A DNA stretch of 64,000 nt, from positions 1,248,001 to 1,312,000 of the forward strand of contig CAXXNF010000002.1 of NCBI GenBank assembly GCA_963666365.2, written 5' to 3'. The notes under the pieces were generated by a model. The model searched no databases. It was not told the DNA's origin and was given only the letters and a program-made list of their open reading frames with translations. Source of the DNA: Syntrophales bacterium (GTDB lineage: Bacteria > Desulfobacterota > Syntrophia > Syntrophales > UBA2210). Below, piece by piece: positions 61,123 to 64,000 of the stretch. The position numbers and the translations under genes are program-made. Every line of letters starts with the position of its first letter. The first letter of the stretch is position 1.

Positions 61123-63392
61123 TGATTAATAAAATAAATCTGATGCGCGATTGTTGCGTTTTTCATGAATTCTCTTGGCCAGGCGACCTTCCTGAATTTG
61201 GGCGACACAACCTTATTTATGGATGGAACGGTTCAGGAAAGACCACTTTAAGCACTATATTCCGCACATTGGAAAACCCAGCAAAGCCAATGGATGGCCA
61301 CTTCACCGTGACGATAAACGGACAAAATGTGAACAAAAACGATTTCATCCAATTGACACTACCCATCCGAGTATTCAATCGAGATTTCAGGGATGAGGTC
61401 GTCTTTCCAAAAGAAGGGGAAGTTGCGCCCATTCTTATTTTAGGCAAGGAGAATGTCGAGAAACAAAAGCAGGCAGATCAGTTAAAGAATACTTTGGCAA
61501 AGAAAAAAGAAAAACTTAATAAATTAACTCAAGAAAAAACTACTAAAATAAATGTCCTGGATAAGTTCTGTATTGACAAAGCTAAAGGAATCAAAGACTT
61601 ACTCCGATCAAGCGGATCGAACCCATATAACAACTATAATAAAGGTGATTTTAGCCAGCGAGCCGAGCAGATGGTGTCCGCAGGTGACAAGACCGCCTAT
61701 CTAATCAATGATTTGACCCGAGATAAGCTTCTTACCCGGCTTCGTAGCAACCCGAAAACTAAGATCCAAACAATTGACCACCACTTGCCCGATCTCAAGA
61801 CTTATAGGAAGATCGTGCCTGAGCTTCTTTCGAAAACAGTTGTTTCTTCGGTTATTCAATCGTTGAAGGATGATGCGCAGCTGTCCTCTTGGGTTCATAC
61901 TGGGCTCCGATTACACCAGGAAAGAAAGACAGATAAATGCCTTTTCTGCAAACAGACGATTCCAAAGGATCGAATGTCGGCTTTGGAGGCTCATTTCAGT
62001 AAAGAGCACGCTGATTTAATGCACAGATTGGATGTTCAAATCAAAGATCTTCAGACCGCCATTAAAAGGACCGAGGACTTGGCTATTCCAAAGGCTGTGG
62101 AATTCTATGACGACATTAAATCAGATTATGAGAGCACCAGCAAAACATTACGTAAAGAAAGTGATTCTGCCAAACGTGTGCTGGTTGAGTTAGTCAAGTC
62201 TCTTGAAGATAAAAAGAATCGTGCATTCGACCCAATCGCACTTGATATTACAATACCGGATTTGAATGTTGATTCCATGAAAAACCTTAACAGTATTATA
62301 CTTAAACACAACCAGATTTGTGATGATTTTCAGTCGCGAATCAACTCTGCGCGAAAACAACTTGAAGAGGAATTGGTAGCTTCAAACCTTGATGAATTTA
62401 TAAGTCTCCAGGATGCCATTAAACCTGCCGAAGCTGGGATTTTAGAGGCGAATAAAGAAATCCAAAGGATATCTGATGAGATTGCCAAAACTGAGCGTGA
62501 TATTGTCGAGCACCGTCGTCCTGCTGAAGAACTGAACGAGGATTTAAGAAAATATCTCGGCCACGATGAACTTCAGTTGGAAGTCGAAAAAACCGGTTAC
62601 AAAATTATGCGGCATGAGAAACCGGCCGAAGGCATTAGCGAAGGCGAGATGACTGCCATTGCATTACTATATTTTCTGAAGTCGTTGCAGGATAGACGGT
62701 TCGATTTAGAAAAAGGAGTTGTTGTGCTTGATGATCCGGTATCGAGTCTGGATGCAAACGCTTTATACTATGCATTCGGATTCATACGTGAACATACGTC
62801 AAACGCAAAACAAATTTTTATACTTACCCATAACTTTACTTTCTTCCAGCAAGTCAGAAACTGGTTCTATCATTTGAAAGGCCAGAACAAACGAGACATA
62901 AATCAACGGCCAGCGCGTTTTTATATGGTCGATTGCGTCCATGATGGAAGAAGGCGATGCTCAAAACTGATTGCTCTCGATCCGCTTCTTGAGCAATACA
63001 ATTCTGAATACCATTATCTGTTTGCGCGCATTTATCGAAAGGTAAAGGATTGTTCACAAGGTCCTTTTGAGGAATATTATGTCTTCCCAAATATGGCAAG
63101 GCGAGTTCTTGAGGCCTTTCTTGCTTTTCGACACCCCCAAATTGCGGGGGAACTCTGGAAAAAACTTCAATCAGTCCAGTTTGACGAATCTAAGAAAACC
63201 CGGATTCTCCGATTTGTCCACACCCACTCGCATAGCGGTGCTGTTGGAGAGCCGGAGCATGATCCTTCGATCCTGTGCGAGACAAATAATGTGCTGAAGG
63301 ACTTGTTGGATTTTATTCAAGCACAAGACCCAGAACATTTCTTAGCGATGGAGCAACTTGTCACGAATGCCAACAACGGAGAGATACAATAA
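61119..63392 (+). CDS. rloC: RloC-type ABC ATPase / HEPN anticodon nuclease
   Basis: Walker A GWNGSGKTT, coiled coil with zinc hook CLFC, ISEGE, LDDPVSSLD, LTHN; C-terminal RRVLE and RFVHTH (Rx4H). Confidence 0.83.
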   Translation: MMINKINLMRDCCVFHEFSWPGDLPEFGRHNLIYGWNGSGKTTLSTIFRTLENPAKPMDGHFTVTINGQNVNKNDFIQLTLPIRVFNRDFRDEVVFPKEGEVAPILILGKENVEKQKQADQLKNTLAKKKEKLNKLTQEKTTKINVLDKFCIDKAKGIKDLLRSSGSNPYNNYNKGDFSQRAEQMVSAGDKTAYLINDLTRDKLLTRLRSNPKTKIQTIDHHLPDLKTYRKIVPELLSKTVVSSVIQSLKDDAQLSSWVHTGLRLHQERKTDKCLFCKQTIPKDRMSALEAHFSKEHADLMHRLDVQIKDLQTAIKRTEDLAIPKAVEFYDDIKSDYESTSKTLRKESDSAKRVLVELVKSLEDKKNRAFDPIALDITIPDLNVDSMKNLNSIILKHNQICDDFQSRINSARKQLEEELVASNLDEFISLQDAIKPAEAGILEANKEIQRISDEIAKTERDIVEHRRPAEELNEDLRKYLGHDELQLEVEKTGYKIMRHEKPAEGISEGEMTAIALLYFLKSLQDRRFDLEKGVVVLDDPVSSLDANALYYAFGFIREHTSNAKQIFILTHNFTFFQQVRNWFYHLKGQNKRDINQRPARFYMVDCVHDGRRRCSKLIALDPLLEQYNSEYHYLFARIYRKVKDCSQGPFEEYYVFPNMARRVLEAFLAFRHPQIAGELWKKLQSVQFDESKKTRILRFVHTHSHSGAVGEPEHDPSILCETNNVLKDLLDFIQAQDPEHFLAMEQLVTNANNGEIQ

Positions 63393-63462
63393 TGTTTAAT
63401 GTTGCTGTCTCCGAAACGACCCTTGAGCTACCAGTTCTCTGTGTAGGAAGGGAAACCGACTT

Positions 63463-64000
63463 ATGACCAACGAAATCATCCTCTACAGCTCCCCTGAAGG
63501 TAACAAGAAAGTCGGCGTCTTGTATCATGATGAGAATTTCTGGCTGACCCAGAAGGCCATTGCCCAATTGTTCAACGTGGAAGTCCCGGCTATCAGCAAA
63601 CATTTGGGAAATATATACGAGACAGGAGAGTTGGAACGTGAGGCAACTATTTCCATTTTGGAAACAGTTCGCGCAGAGGGCAACCGCAACGTCAAACGGA
63701 AGCTGGAATATTACAACCTCGACGCCATCATTGCACTCGGGTACCGGGTGAACAGCTATCAGGCCACCCAGTTCCGCATTTGGGCGACGAACACCCTGAA
63801 GGAATTCATCATCAAGGGATTTGTGCTGGATGATGAACGGCTCAAACAGGGGAAGCATTTCGGCAAGGACTATTTCGATGAGCTTCTGGAGCGGATTCGT
63901 GAAATCCGGGCCAGCGAGCGCCGGTTTTACCAGAAAATAACCGACATTTACGCGCTTTCGGCAGACTATGACAGAAACGCCCCCATTACTCAGGAATTTT
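63463..64000 (+). CDS. rhuM: RhuM-family protein (partial, runs off the window)
   Basis: Own translation: MTNEIILY...WLTQKAIAQLF...YNLDAIIALGYRVNS.QATQFRIWA...DDERLK...IREIRASERRFYQK. Confidence 0.9.
   Translation, partial: MTNEIILYSSPEGNKKVGVLYHDENFWLTQKAIAQLFNVEVPAISKHLGNIYETGELEREATISILETVRAEGNRNVKRKLEYYNLDAIIALGYRVNSYQATQFRIWATNTLKEFIIKGFVLDDERLKQGKHFGKDYFDELLERIREIRASERRFYQKITDIYALSADYDRNAPITQEF

Larger units (their letters stand above)
56859..64000. mobile_element. tRNA-anchored defence island (right end outside the window)
   Basis: AT-rich shift immediately after the tRNA; only defence-type genes follow; no integrase in the window. Confidence 0.65.

Noticed and set aside
63361..63858. 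165-aa minus-strand ORF
   Set aside because: Antisense to the rhuM frame, which the ORF track missed because it has no stop within the window.

Overview
64 kb of chromosome from an anaerobic bacterium, probably Desulfobacterota/Syntrophales-like (inferred from gene content; not verified). About 1-56.8 kb is core and metabolic: purB, an NrdR-regulated class III ribonucleotide reductase, kdsD, many acyl-CoA and aromatic-CoA enzymes with a Liv-type ABC importer, a nine-gene V/A-type ATPase, a tungstate/molybdate homeostasis set (wtpABC, an HTH-PBP regulator, a single Mo-storage-protein homologue), a MarR-controlled flavoenzyme operon, a LysM amidase and metF. After an atypical tRNA-Arg(CCG) at 56.8 kb a defence island begins (Mrr, type I hsdM-hsdS, RloC-type anticodon nuclease, RhuM) and runs off the window. 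Intergenic DNA holds two MITE-like copies, REP-like hairpins, minisatellites and several clear operator palindromes. The best leads are a MosA/MosB hybrid storage protein beside a tungstate importer, a catalytically degenerate CoA-transferase fused to a GNAT domain, a stand-alone TiaS-like enzyme, and a double zinc-ribbon thioredoxin near a redoxin-type NrdD. All assignments come from motif recognition only; no searches were run.
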